From positions 1 through 56,805 of the IMG/VR virus record IMGVR_UViG_3300044615_000557: a stretch of DNA of 56,805 bases; one strand, written 5' to 3'. The notes beneath the pieces were generated by a model. It was not told where the DNA came from. It saw nothing but the letters and a program-made list of their open reading frames with translations, and searched no databases. Position 1 is the stretch's first letter. Each line of letters opens with the position of its first letter. A program made the position numbers and the translations under genes. This DNA is from a virus (lineage: Duplodnaviria > Caudoviricetes). This document shows positions 8,968 through 17,134 of the stretch, piece after piece.

Positions 8968-9309
8968 ATGAACACAGCAATCAACAGCCACCTCAACATC
9001 GCCGAGATCGAAGCCAAGCGTAGCCTCCTCCTGAAAGCCCTGCACCTCTCCATCTGCAAGGTGGTCTTCACCAAGACGGACGGGACGGAGCGTACCATGC
9101 TCTGCACGCTGGACGAGCAGTTCCTCCCCTCCCGCGAGGACTCCGTCGCCCTGACGGGCACGAAGACGGGCAAGCCCCGTCACTCGCCGGATGTCCTGTA
9201 TGTCTGGGATGTGGAGAAGAACGACTGGCGTGCCTTCCGCGTGGACAGGGTCAAGGAATGGAACATTGAACACCAGCGGAACGACGAGAACGACCTGCTG
9301 GGCGACTGA
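8968..9309 (+). CDS. WYL_2/SH3 beta-barrel fold protein
   Basis: VVFTKTDGTERTMLCTL ... VWDVEKNDWRAFRVD motif. Confidence 0.7.
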   Translation: MNTAINSHLNIAEIEAKRSLLLKALHLSICKVVFTKTDGTERTMLCTLDEQFLPSREDSVALTGTKTGKPRHSPDVLYVWDVEKNDWRAFRVDRVKEWNIEHQRNDENDLLGD

Positions 9310-9319
9310 CCCCCGCCAT

Positions 9320-9392
9320 ATCCCCGTAACTCAGAGGATAGAGTAGCGGTTTTCTAAACCGCCTGTCGCAGGTTCGAGTCCTGCCGGGGATG
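9320..9392 (+). tRNA. tRNA-Arg(UCU)
   Basis: Acceptor ATCCCCG/CGGGGAT; anticodon arm GCGGT-TT TCT AA-ACCGC; T-loop TTCGAGT. Confidence 0.92.
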
Positions 9393-9394
9393 CT

Positions 9395-9465
9395 GCCCCT
9401 ATAGTATAACGGCATTACACTTGATTTGTAATCATGAGAACTCAGTTCGATTCTGAGTAGGGGCT
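9395..9465 (+). tRNA. tRNA-Thr(UGU)
   Basis: Acceptor GCCCCTA/TAGGGGC; anticodon loop TT TGT AA; T arm CTCAG-TTCGATT-CTGAG. Confidence 0.85.
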
Positions 9466-9468
9466 TTC

Positions 9469-9722
9469 GCTCTCGTAACTCAGTTGGTAGAGTAGCGGAC
9501 TTTCAATGGAACTCTTGCACAGGAATGTGCAAGCGAATCTCCCCAAAATCGGCGAACCCTTCGCTGGCAACGCCGAGCCAAGCCCGTAAGGGAAGGTGTA
9601 GAGACTTGACGAGGAGCATCCAGACCGGATGAAGGCAAAGTCCAGACCACGAACCGAAAGGGCGGCGAAAGCCGAAGTGGTAGGTAATCCGTAAGTCGTG
9701 GGTTCAAGTCCCACCGAGAGCA
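9469..9722 (+). tRNA. tRNA-Lys(UUU), split by a group I intron (exons 9469-9503 and 9685-9722)
   Basis: Joining the exons gives GCGGA-CT TTT AA-TCCGT; acceptor GCTCTCG/CGAGAGC; A73. Confidence 0.85.
9504..9684 (+). ncRNA. Group I self-splicing intron (181 nt, no ORF)
   Basis: P1 with U.G at the 5' splice site, P2 hairpin CTTGCAC/GTGCAAG, P/Q (AAATCGGCGAA / CAACGCCGAG), R/S (GTAGAGACTT / AAGGCAAAGTCC), GAAA-capped P9, terminal G. Confidence 0.85.
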
Positions 9723-9726
9723 TTGC

Positions 9727-9799
9727 GGTCCCATCGTCTAGCAGGCTAGGACACCTCCCTTTCACGGAGACAACAGGGGTTCAAATCCCCTTGGGATCA
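9727..9799 (+). tRNA. tRNA-Glu(UUC)
   Basis: Acceptor GGTCCCA/TGGGATC; anticodon loop CT TTC AC; T arm AGGGG-TTCAAAT-CCCCT. Confidence 0.9.
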
Positions 9800-9806
9800 C
9801 TAAATA
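9800..9806 (+). promoter_or_regulatory. Late promoter CTAAATA
   Basis: 5 nt before ATG 9812. Confidence 0.6.
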
Positions 9807-9811
9807 AGAGC

Positions 9812-10363
9812 ATGAGATCGTTTGTACAACACCTGACCGAGACAAGTCACGGCAACCCGCCCAAGGGCATCATCTATTGCGACATGGATGGGGTGCTGGT
9901 TGACATCATCGGTGGCATCTGCAAGATGGACAAGATGACTCGTTGCACCGAGAAGTCTTTTGACCGGTACTTGGAGAACAACAAGGCCAAGTTTGACCGC
10001 GAGCATCCGAACCTCTTCCAGAAGTTGCCGTGGATGAAGGATGGCAAGCGTCTCTGGAAGTACATCAGCCAGTTCGGACCCCACATCCTCTCTGCCCACA
10101 CCAGCACATGGCAACCGACTTCAAAGGAAGACAAGATGGTGTGGATCAAGAAGAACCTGAACCCCTTGCCAACCCGCACGCACATTCTCCTGCGGGCACA
10201 GAAGCAGAACTACGCGGTACAGAAGGACGGCACTCCTAACATCCTGATTGATGATCTACCACAGAACATCAGTGAATGGAAGGCAAAGGGCGGAATCGGC
10301 ATCATTCATCGCAATGCCGAGACGACCATCGGAAGGCTGAAGCAACTCGGTTATATCATGTGA
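9812..10363 (+). CDS. HAD-family 5'(3')-deoxyribonucleotidase (NT5C-like)
   Basis: IYCDMDGVLVD motif I and ILIDD motif IV; N-terminus MRSFVQHLTE. Confidence 0.85.
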   Translation: MRSFVQHLTETSHGNPPKGIIYCDMDGVLVDIIGGICKMDKMTRCTEKSFDRYLENNKAKFDREHPNLFQKLPWMKDGKRLWKYISQFGPHILSAHTSTWQPTSKEDKMVWIKKNLNPLPTRTHILLRAQKQNYAVQKDGTPNILIDDLPQNISEWKAKGGIGIIHRNAETTIGRLKQLGYIM

Positions 10364-10364
10364 A

Positions 10365-10445
10365 GCCGTAGTGGTGGAATGGCATACACGGGGGTTTCAA
10401 AAACCCCTGCCGCAAGGCATGCAGGTTCGAGTCCTGTCTACGGTA
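10365..10445 (+). tRNA. tRNA-Leu(CAA)
   Basis: Acceptor GCCGTAG/CTACGGT; anticodon arm GGGGT-TT CAA AA-ACCCC; variable arm TGCC-GCAA-GGCA. Confidence 0.9.
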
Positions 10446-10462
10446 CTTGTGAAAGGCAAAGA

Positions 10463-10609
10463 ATGAACGAAGGACATCACGGAGCAGGCAAGGGGGACAC
10501 CTATCGCAAGGTGGACTTGGAGCAATATGGCAAGAACTACGATGCCATCTTCCACAAGAAACCCAAGAGGAAGCCTGTCAGGACGAAGAAGAAAGCGAGT
10601 AAACCATGA
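10463..10609 (+). CDS. Small conserved phage protein
   Basis: GKGDTYRKVD..YGKNYDAIF motif; GAAAGG RBS. Confidence 0.6.
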   Translation: MNEGHHGAGKGDTYRKVDLEQYGKNYDAIFHKKPKRKPVRTKKKASKP

Positions 10610-10848
10610 GTCACCCCTACACGCCCGGACGGGCATACGAACTAGGATACGGAGACCGCATGCAAGGCAAGTGCATGGACGGAAAGGTCATGCAGTCGGA
10701 AGACAAGGACATCTTCAAGGAAGAGTATGTGCGTGGGTGGAACGATGCCAACGCACGGGTCTTTGATGAGTCCCGAAAGAAGATGGAAAGCAAGCCGATG
10801 CCCGACGGCTGGTCCAACGGGTCCGGCAAGTTCACCCTCAAGGGCTAA
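10606..10848 (+). CDS. Hypothetical protein
   Basis: 80 aa, ATGA-coupled. Confidence 0.6.
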   Translation: MSHPYTPGRAYELGYGDRMQGKCMDGKVMQSEDKDIFKEEYVRGWNDANARVFDESRKKMESKPMPDGWSNGSGKFTLKG

Positions 10849-10851
10849 ATA
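10845..10851 (+). promoter_or_regulatory. Late promoter CTAAATA
   Basis: Overlaps upstream stop; GGAGG RBS and ATG 10869 follow. Confidence 0.6.
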
Positions 10852-10868
10852 TGAATCCGGAGGCACAC

Positions 10869-11234
10869 ATGACACTGATCACCACCCTACTCACGCTTCA
10901 ATCGCAACTTCGCATCTTCCACTGGCAGACGAAGTCATACGCAGAGCATCAGGCTCTCGGCGGTCTTTACGGCGACCTTGACCCTCTCGTTGACGAGTTC
11001 GTGGAGGTGTTCTCCGGTCGTTACGGGGTTCCTGTCGCCAAGAACCAGTACTCCCTGACCTTCGGCAACTACAAGGACAATGCCGCATGCGTGGAGTTCA
11101 TTGACAAGACCATCCAGTACATGATGAAAGATGTTCCGGCGATGCTGAAGCCGGAGGACACCGACCTCCTCAACCTTCGGGACGAGATAGTCGGGGCATT
11201 GAACAAGACGAAGTACCTGCTCCGTCTCAAGTGA
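10869..11234 (+). CDS. Ferritin/Dps-like four-helix protein (DUF5856-like)
   Basis: HWQTKSYAEHQALG.LY..LD.LVDEFVE motif resembling the Dps ferroxidase helix. Confidence 0.75.
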   Translation: MTLITTLLTLQSQLRIFHWQTKSYAEHQALGGLYGDLDPLVDEFVEVFSGRYGVPVAKNQYSLTFGNYKDNAACVEFIDKTIQYMMKDVPAMLKPEDTDLLNLRDEIVGALNKTKYLLRLK

Positions 11235-11238
11235 ACAA

Positions 11239-11580
11239 GGGGTCGTATAGGTATCGAATGCATGCAAACTGATGAGTGATGCGCTACGGGGAACCATGTT
11301 CGCCCCGCAACAAGACATGGAAACTAGAACTGCCAACAAGCAGCCCTACCGTCTCGCTCTCGCAGCCTGACCTCCGACTACCTGACTCCTCTAGGGTAGA
11401 AAGAGCAAACAGAGGATTGGACCTCGCGGAACGGAACGCCAACGAGGTCCGAGAACCAAAGACTCCGAACATGACCCGCTCAGTTGCCGTCGGCGGCGGG
11501 TCTTGACAAGCGACGGATATTAGCGTAGAATGCACCACAGTAAACATGACATCACGGGGGTTCGATTCCCCCCGACTCCA
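11239..11580 (+). ncRNA. ssrA: tmRNA; tag peptide (A)ANKQPYRLALAA at 11332-11370
   Basis: Acceptor GGGGTCG/CGACTCC-A with G3.U70, T arm GGGGG-TTCGATT-CCCCC, pk1-like pairing CCATGT/ACATGG, tag ORF ending ALAA-stop. Confidence 0.9.
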
Positions 11581-11596
11581 TTAGAAAGATCTCGCC

Positions 11597-12217
11597 ATGA
11601 ACACCCCCAAGGGAACCAAGCCACCTCCGAACAAGGATGTATTCGTGGTGTCCGACACTCACTTCGGACATGCGAATATCTGCAAGTTCAATTCCAAGGG
11701 GGTGAAACTCCGTCCATGGGACCGGATAGAGGATCATGACGAGGCTCTGGTCGCCAACTGGAACGCCGTGGTCAAGCCCACCGACAAGGTGTATCACCTC
11801 GGCGATGTCGCCATCGCGAAGAAGTCTCTTGACATCCTCTCGCGGCTGAACGGCGACAAGATCCTCATCCGTGGGAACCATGACATCTTTGACCTGAAGG
11901 ACTACGCCAAGCACTTCCGCGACATCCGTGCGTTCCATGTGCTGAACGGGTGCGTCTTCTCGCACGCGCCCATCCATGCATCATGTCTGGAGAAGTTCGG
12001 ATGTAATGTCCACGGGCACACGCACGCGAAGCATATCCAACGGGTCGCCGATATCGGTGGTCTGGAGAACGACCCGTCGTACCTGAATGTCTGCGTGGAG
12101 CACACCGGCTTCGCTCCCATCCCTCTTGACGAGGTGTTCGCTCGGGTGCTGAAGCAGGGAGGTAGGGTGGGGTTCCTTGACAAGCGACGGGAAGAGGTGT
12201 ATGATTGGGCTGGTTGA
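11597..12217 (+). CDS. Calcineurin-like metallophosphoesterase
   Basis: SDTHFGH, HLGD, GNHD, HGHTH motifs. Confidence 0.9.
   Translation: MNTPKGTKPPPNKDVFVVSDTHFGHANICKFNSKGVKLRPWDRIEDHDEALVANWNAVVKPTDKVYHLGDVAIAKKSLDILSRLNGDKILIRGNHDIFDLKDYAKHFRDIRAFHVLNGCVFSHAPIHASCLEKFGCNVHGHTHAKHIQRVADIGGLENDPSYLNVCVEHTGFAPIPLDEVFARVLKQGGRVGFLDKRREEVYDWAG
12177..12205 (+). promoter_or_regulatory. sigma70-type promoter for tRNA-Gly/Asn
   Basis: TTGACA-17-TATGAT. Confidence 0.65.
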
Positions 12218-12223
12218 AACCAT

Positions 12224-12295
12224 GCGGGTGTAACTCAGCGGTAGAGTTCTTGCCTTCCAAGCAAGGTGTCGAGGGTTCGAATCCCTTCGCCCGCT
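12224..12295 (+). tRNA. tRNA-Gly(UCC)
   Basis: Acceptor GCGGGTG/CGCCCGC; anticodon arm CTTGC-CT TCC AA-GCAAG. Confidence 0.92.
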
Positions 12296-12300
12296 TTCGG

Positions 12301-12372
12301 TGGTCTGTAGCACAACGGTAGTGCGTCGTCCTGTTAAGACGGTGGTTACAGGTTCAAATCCTGTCAGACCAG
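12301..12372 (+). tRNA. tRNA-Asn(GUU)
   Basis: Acceptor TGGTCTG/CAGACCA; anticodon arm TCGTC-CT GTT AA-GACGG; G73. Confidence 0.9.
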
Positions 12373-12384
12373 TTGGTTCAAACT

Positions 12385-12759
12385 ATGGAGAAAAAGCAAT
12401 GGGCAATCAAGGTGATGGACGGCAAGACACAGGTGGGCTGGCTGGTGGTGAAGCACGCCACGGTGGCAACCTACAAGACGCGGACGGAGGCGGAGAAGGA
12501 AGCGGAGTGGCTGAACGACTTCTCCAAGAAGATCAAGGGCAAGACCAACTATCTGGCGGCGAAGTGGGTTCCGGAGGAGGGGCTGGAGACCGAAGAGCAG
12601 ACCCCCGAGAAGCCTACCGCGAAACTTACGAGGACATGGTCCGTGCCCGAGAGAAGGACCGAAACGAGATTGAACTCCGATGCCCCCGTGTCTTCGGTCG
12701 GCACAAGAAGCACCCTAGAAGAGTTGATTGGGAGCATGGGTACGGGTGGGACGGACTAG
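12385..12759 (+). CDS. Hypothetical protein
   Basis: ATG 12385 after tRNA-Asn; phage-like codon usage in the first ~80 codons. Confidence 0.55.
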   Translation: MEKKQWAIKVMDGKTQVGWLVVKHATVATYKTRTEAEKEAEWLNDFSKKIKGKTNYLAAKWVPEEGLETEEQTPEKPTAKLTRTWSVPERRTETRLNSDAPVSSVGTRSTLEELIGSMGTGGTD

Positions 12760-13166
12760 TCACCCGTGTCGCCGAGGTCATTGAGGAGGAACTCAAGGAC
12801 ATCCCCATCCAGTGGTGGCCCGAGGTTGAGAGCGAGGAGAACCCTCCCCTGTTCCATCTCTACAAGACCAAGGAGAAGTTCGGAGTCCTCCGGTTCGCCT
12901 TTCGCATCCACCAGCATGTCCCGATTCCGCAGGATAGGTTGAACCGCATCTACGCACTCGTTGGGTTCACCGAGGAGTTTTCGGGCACCGTGTGCGAGGT
13001 CTGCGGGGACATCGGCTACCTCTGCCTCAAGAAGAACAAGGGATGGTACAAGACCCTATGCCTCAACTGCGCCCAGACCATGGGCTACGAGCCGGTGGAC
13101 ATTGACGAGAACCTTCCCAGTGAGTTCCAGCGTCCCGTGGAAGAGGAACCTAAATACTCTTCATGA
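12636..13166 (+). CDS. Conserved phage protein with C-terminal Zn ribbon
   Basis: GAGGA RBS; GYGW..LV, KEKFGVLRF, CEVCG...GWYKTLC..C motifs. Confidence 0.7.
   Translation: MVRAREKDRNEIELRCPRVFGRHKKHPRRVDWEHGYGWDGLVTRVAEVIEEELKDIPIQWWPEVESEENPPLFHLYKTKEKFGVLRFAFRIHQHVPIPQDRLNRIYALVGFTEEFSGTVCEVCGDIGYLCLKKNKGWYKTLCLNCAQTMGYEPVDIDENLPSEFQRPVEEEPKYSS
13150..13156 (+). promoter_or_regulatory. Late promoter CTAAATA
   Basis: 6 nt before ATG 13163. Confidence 0.6.
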
Positions 13167-13579
13167 ACACCAAAGACCCATTCAACGACCCTCTGGTCAA
13201 ATCCGTTCGCGAAGTGATCAGCGAGCAGGAGGGAGTATCCACTACCCTCACCCCGCAGGGAGGAAGTATTGCCCTCAACTATGTGGACATCTCCAACCCC
13301 GACAATCCCGTCGTGGTCTTCCGTGGTGCGGGTTCCATGCCTTATGAGATGCGGCATAAGGACATCGGCAGGCGGTTGAAGGACTTGGGAGAGAATGTTG
13401 CGGGAAATCGCTTGAGCATCGCGAGCGTCCTCAATGTTTTCGCCGACAAGAAGCACGGAACCGGCAACTTGACCATGTACTACATGATCGGTTATGCTGA
13501 AGCCGAAGCCCTGATGGCCACAGCACAGGCCAAGGCAAAGATCACGAAGGCAAAGAAGGCCAAGCAGCAGGGGAAGTGA
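13163..13579 (+). CDS. Hypothetical late protein
   Basis: 138 aa ORF behind a late promoter. Confidence 0.7.
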   Translation: MNTKDPFNDPLVKSVREVISEQEGVSTTLTPQGGSIALNYVDISNPDNPVVVFRGAGSMPYEMRHKDIGRRLKDLGENVAGNRLSIASVLNVFADKKHGTGNLTMYYMIGYAEAEALMATAQAKAKITKAKKAKQQGK

Positions 13580-13580
13580 C

Positions 13581-14189
13581 ATGTCATACCTATACGAGCG
13601 AGTACAACTTGACGAGGCATCGCTACAGCGGATCAAGGCGAATGTTGAGAACCGCCCCGTTGCGATGCTCACGGCTTTCCGTGGGCGTGATGCCGACGGC
13701 AATCCCATGGACCGCAAGACTAATCGCGGCAACAACGCTCGTCTGGAGTCGGACATCCGCGCGGCTGGTTTCGGCTTCAACAAGTTGATCGGAACCTACG
13801 ACGAGGACGATGGCAAGGGCGGAAAGAGACGGGTGGAAGAGGAGTCCTTCCTCATCATCGGTCGCGATGACGCAGCCGCCACCGTCGGAGCCATCAAGGG
13901 CTTCGCCAAGAAGATGGGACAGAAGTATGGACAGGACTGCGTGCTCTTCAAAGATCCGAAGAACAAGAACGCGGTCCTCATCGGGACCAAGCCTGACGCA
14001 TGGCCGGGTCTCGGCAAGGAAGAGTCCGTGGGTGAGTTCAAGCCCATGGCCATGAGCGGCATCTATTCCAAGATGGTGCGAGGCAAGGAAGCCGCCCCGC
14101 GAGGCTTCAAGTTTGAGGCGATTGAGTATCCACTCACGCCCACGGAAATCATGTCACGAAAACTGCGAGACCGACTCGCCCAGCAGTAA
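13581..14189 (+). CDS. Conserved T4-like hypothetical protein
   Basis: LTAFRG...N...N..L...IR..GFGF.KL.G.Y.E...EESF...KYGQDCVL pattern. Confidence 0.75.
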   Translation: MSYLYERVQLDEASLQRIKANVENRPVAMLTAFRGRDADGNPMDRKTNRGNNARLESDIRAAGFGFNKLIGTYDEDDGKGGKRRVEEESFLIIGRDDAAATVGAIKGFAKKMGQKYGQDCVLFKDPKNKNAVLIGTKPDAWPGLGKEESVGEFKPMAMSGIYSKMVRGKEAAPRGFKFEAIEYPLTPTEIMSRKLRDRLAQQ

Positions 14190-14192
14190 CAG

Positions 14193-14603
14193 ATGGCATC
14201 CACCTTACGCAACACAGCACGGACCAAGAACTGCCGTAGCGAGGGTTGCTCCCCGAGCGACGAGGTGAAGGCAATCCTCTCGTCCAAGATGGGGCGTGGT
14301 GGCAAGTCCAAGGACAAGGGGTTCAACGACCTCATGACTCTCATCGGTGCGATGAAGGAGTCCAACATCTGGGAAGGCAGCATAGAGGGCTACTTCTTCA
14401 AGGGCAACATCCCGACCAGCATGAAGAGCAGCATCATGTCCTTCGCCCTGAACAGCGGATGGAAGATGACCAGCGGAAAGCGAATCGTGAAGTACGGCAA
14501 GATATACACCGGCGGGACCAAGCGTTCCCGCAAGCACCTCCTGATCTTTGGCTATTACAAAGGCGGTCGGGGCATGGCATATTGCTCCCTGACCATCATC
14601 TGA
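14193..14603 (+). CDS. Hypothetical protein
   Basis: 136 aa, tightly packed. Confidence 0.65.
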   Translation: MASTLRNTARTKNCRSEGCSPSDEVKAILSSKMGRGGKSKDKGFNDLMTLIGAMKESNIWEGSIEGYFFKGNIPTSMKSSIMSFALNSGWKMTSGKRIVKYGKIYTGGTKRSRKHLLIFGYYKGGRGMAYCSLTII

Positions 14604-14607
14604 CCAC

Positions 14608-14635
14608 TTGACTTCCACGGGAGAGATGGTATACT
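14608..14635 (+). promoter_or_regulatory. sigma70-type promoter
   Basis: TTGACT-16-TATACT with extended TG. Confidence 0.65.
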
Positions 14636-14670
14636 CCCACACTTCAACCCTCTTTACAGGAGATTTCGGA

Positions 14671-15150
14671 ATGAGTCGCAAGATGTTTACATTGTTCGTG
14701 AACCGACCCACGGTCAACAAGGGAATGTTCATCGTCAGCAGACTGACGGGATGGACCGGACTGCTCACCACCTTCTACGGCATGAACTACTACCTTAACG
14801 AGTCCAACCCCGCAGGTGTGCCGTGGTTCCTTGTCGGTGCCCTTTTGCTGGCATCCTCGCTCTGGACGGAACTGGACAGCAAGATCAAGTCAGGGAAGGA
14901 TTTCTATGACTGGATTGAGGAAGAACACTCGCAGATTCGCGAGGCACAGAGCATCAATGCGGACACCTTCCATCAGGATCTCAACGATCGCGTCAACGAA
15001 CTTCAGGATTCGTTCAACGACAGCATTGACCGTCTTGACAGTCATCTTGAAAATACCGAGCGTCACCTTGACATGCGAGTTGATGAGATTGATCGTGCCC
15101 TCGGCAACCTCATGCGTAACTGCGAAGAGCGTTGCTCGGTCAAGAAGTAA
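14671..15150 (+). CDS. Membrane-anchored coiled-coil protein
   Basis: AGGAG RBS; two hydrophobic segments followed by a heptad-rich acidic tail. Confidence 0.65.
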   Translation: MSRKMFTLFVNRPTVNKGMFIVSRLTGWTGLLTTFYGMNYYLNESNPAGVPWFLVGALLLASSLWTELDSKIKSGKDFYDWIEEEHSQIREAQSINADTFHQDLNDRVNELQDSFNDSIDRLDSHLENTERHLDMRVDEIDRALGNLMRNCEERCSVKK

Positions 15151-15168
15151 ACCCAACCCGTCCGTGCC

Positions 15169-15204
15169 ACCGAGCGGGGGGCGAAAGCCCCTCGTCCTCG
15201 GTTT
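15169..15204 (+). terminator. Stem-loop, possible terminator
   Basis: GGGGC-GAAA-GCCCC core within a longer CCGAG...CTCGG stem, then TTT. Confidence 0.45.
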
Positions 15205-15501
15205 ATGATTCATGAGTTCCGCAACCCGATTCCCGTCATCGTTGAGGGAGACAAAGAGGGCTATGCCATCTATGTCCGCGACAGCGGGACATTTGAGAAC
15301 GACATCTGGTGTGTGACTTTGTGTGATGGCGGCATCGTTCGTCACTACAGGTCCGACCAGATATCCATATACCAGAACAAGACCTTTGACATCCAGAAAC
15401 CAGAGACCAAATCAGAAGAAGAGGACGAGCCGTTCGTACCCTTCAAGCCATACAAGAACACCAGTGACCAGAAAGGTCCAACAGGAGACACTACACAATG
15501 A
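15205..15501 (+). CDS. Hypothetical protein
   Basis: IHEFRNPIPV...GYAIYV..SGTFENDIWCV.L motif. Confidence 0.65.
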   Translation: MIHEFRNPIPVIVEGDKEGYAIYVRDSGTFENDIWCVTLCDGGIVRHYRSDQISIYQNKTFDIQKPETKSEEEDEPFVPFKPYKNTSDQKGPTGDTTQ

Positions 15502-16196
15502 GCAGCACAGCGACCAAGATCAAGATTTCGCAGGAGACCCTGAACATCCTCAAGAACTTCGCGGGGATCAACAGCAATCTCCATGTGAAGCAGGGCAACA
15601 CCATCAGCACCATCTCGCCGTCCTCCACCATCCTTGCGGAGGCCACGGTAGCGGAGACCTTTGACACGGAGTTCGGCATCTGGGACATGTCCCAGTTCCT
15701 CTCCACCATCAGCCTCTTCAAGAACCCCGAGTTTGAGTTTGACGAGAACGGCAAGTTCGTGAACATCGGCTCGGAGGGATCCAAGGCATCGGTCAAGTAC
15801 TTCTTCTCCGAGCCTTCGCTCCTGTCCGCCCCGCCCGACAAGAAGATCAGCATGCCCAAGGTCGCGGTCCAGTTCCGCCTGACCGAGGACAAGATCGCGT
15901 CGGTCCTCAAGGCGGCTTCTGTCCTACAGGCTCCCGACTTCTGCGTTGAGTCGTGCGACGAGGGCATCTGCATCCGCGTGTGCGACAAGAAGAACGCATC
16001 GGGTCACAGTTGGAGTCTCGTCGTTGACGAGGAGCAGCCGGACATGTCGTTCCGGTTCTGGCTCAAGGTGGAGAACATCAAGTTGTTCCCCGGTGACTAC
16101 GATGTGTCGTTCGCCGAGAAGAAGGTCGTGAAGTTCGTCGGTCCCGTCACCTACTGGATCGCCCTTGAGTCCGACAGCACCATCAGCAAGGACTGA
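15498..16196 (+). CDS. gp45: DNA polymerase sliding clamp
   Basis: TLNILKNFAGIN, FGIWD..QFLS, LFPGDYDV, YWIALE motifs; synteny with gp44. Confidence 0.92.
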   Translation: MSSTATKIKISQETLNILKNFAGINSNLHVKQGNTISTISPSSTILAEATVAETFDTEFGIWDMSQFLSTISLFKNPEFEFDENGKFVNIGSEGSKASVKYFFSEPSLLSAPPDKKISMPKVAVQFRLTEDKIASVLKAASVLQAPDFCVESCDEGICIRVCDKKNASGHSWSLVVDEEQPDMSFRFWLKVENIKLFPGDYDVSFAEKKVVKFVGPVTYWIALESDSTISKD

Positions 16197-16198
16197 AC

Positions 16199-17134
16199 AT
16201 GGAAGAGACACTTCTGGTAGAGAAGTATCGTCCGAAGACGATTGATGAGTGTATCCTTCCGACCAACCTGAAGGAGACATTCACCGACATCGTCAAGTCG
16301 GGGGACATCCCCAACATGATCCTGACGGGGGGTGCGGGCTGCGGCAAGACCACCGTGGCTCGCGCCCTCTGCTCGGAGTTGGGCAGGGACATGATGTTCA
16401 TCAACGCATCAGAGGACGGCGGGATTGACACGCTGCGCATGCGCATCCGGCAGTTCGCCTCCTCCATGTCCCTGAACGGTGGACACAAGGTGGTCATCCT
16501 TGACGAGGCTGACTACCTGAACCCCCTATCCACACAGCCCGCGTTGCGTGGGTTCATTGAGGAGTTCTCGTCCAACTGCCGCTTCATCCTCACATGCAAC
16601 TTCAAGTATCGCATCATTGAACCTCTTCATTCAAGGTGTACCACCATTGACTTCAAGATCCCGTCCAAGGAGAAGTCAAAGATGGCGAAGCAGTTCCATG
16701 ATCGTCTCGTCAGCATCCTCAACACGGAGGAGATCAATCATGAGCCAGCGGTCCTCGCACAACTCATCGTCAGGTACTTCCCCGACTTCCGCCGCATCCT
16801 CAACGAGGTACAGCGGTACTCCGTCTCGGGAACCATTGACGCAGGCATCCTTGTCTCCCCTGATGTGGGCATGGAGCAACTGGTCAATGCTCTCAAGTCA
16901 AAGAACTTCGGAGACATCAGGAAGTGGGTGGTTGAGAACACTGACCGCGATACGGCTCATGTGTTCCGCAGCATCTACGACGCTCTCCTTGAGTCTCTCA
17001 CGCCTTCATCAATTCCTCAAGCAATCCTTACTCTGGCTGAATATCAACACAGGGCTGCGTTCGCCGCCGACCCCGAGATCAACCTTGCCGCCTGTTGTGT
17101 CACGCTGGCATCGGAGTGTACCTTCAAGACCTAA
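16199..17134 (+). CDS. gp44: Clamp loader large subunit (RFC-like AAA+)
   Basis: VEKYRP, GGAGCGKTT, ILDEADYL, SRC motifs. Confidence 0.95.
   Translation: MEETLLVEKYRPKTIDECILPTNLKETFTDIVKSGDIPNMILTGGAGCGKTTVARALCSELGRDMMFINASEDGGIDTLRMRIRQFASSMSLNGGHKVVILDEADYLNPLSTQPALRGFIEEFSSNCRFILTCNFKYRIIEPLHSRCTTIDFKIPSKEKSKMAKQFHDRLVSILNTEEINHEPAVLAQLIVRYFPDFRRILNEVQRYSVSGTIDAGILVSPDVGMEQLVNALKSKNFGDIRKWVVENTDRDTAHVFRSIYDALLESLTPSSIPQAILTLAEYQHRAAFAADPEINLAACCVTLASECTFKT

Noticed and set aside
9495-9511. Reading the unspliced tRNA at 9469 as Glu (CT TTC AA)
   Set aside because: The anticodon stem GCGGA has no partner until TCCGT at 9688; only the spliced form folds
9698-9811. N-terminal extensions of listed ORFs (9698, 10379, 12300, 16548, 19956)
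   Set aside because: They overlap tRNAs or other genes; downstream ATGs have a promoter, RBS or translational coupling
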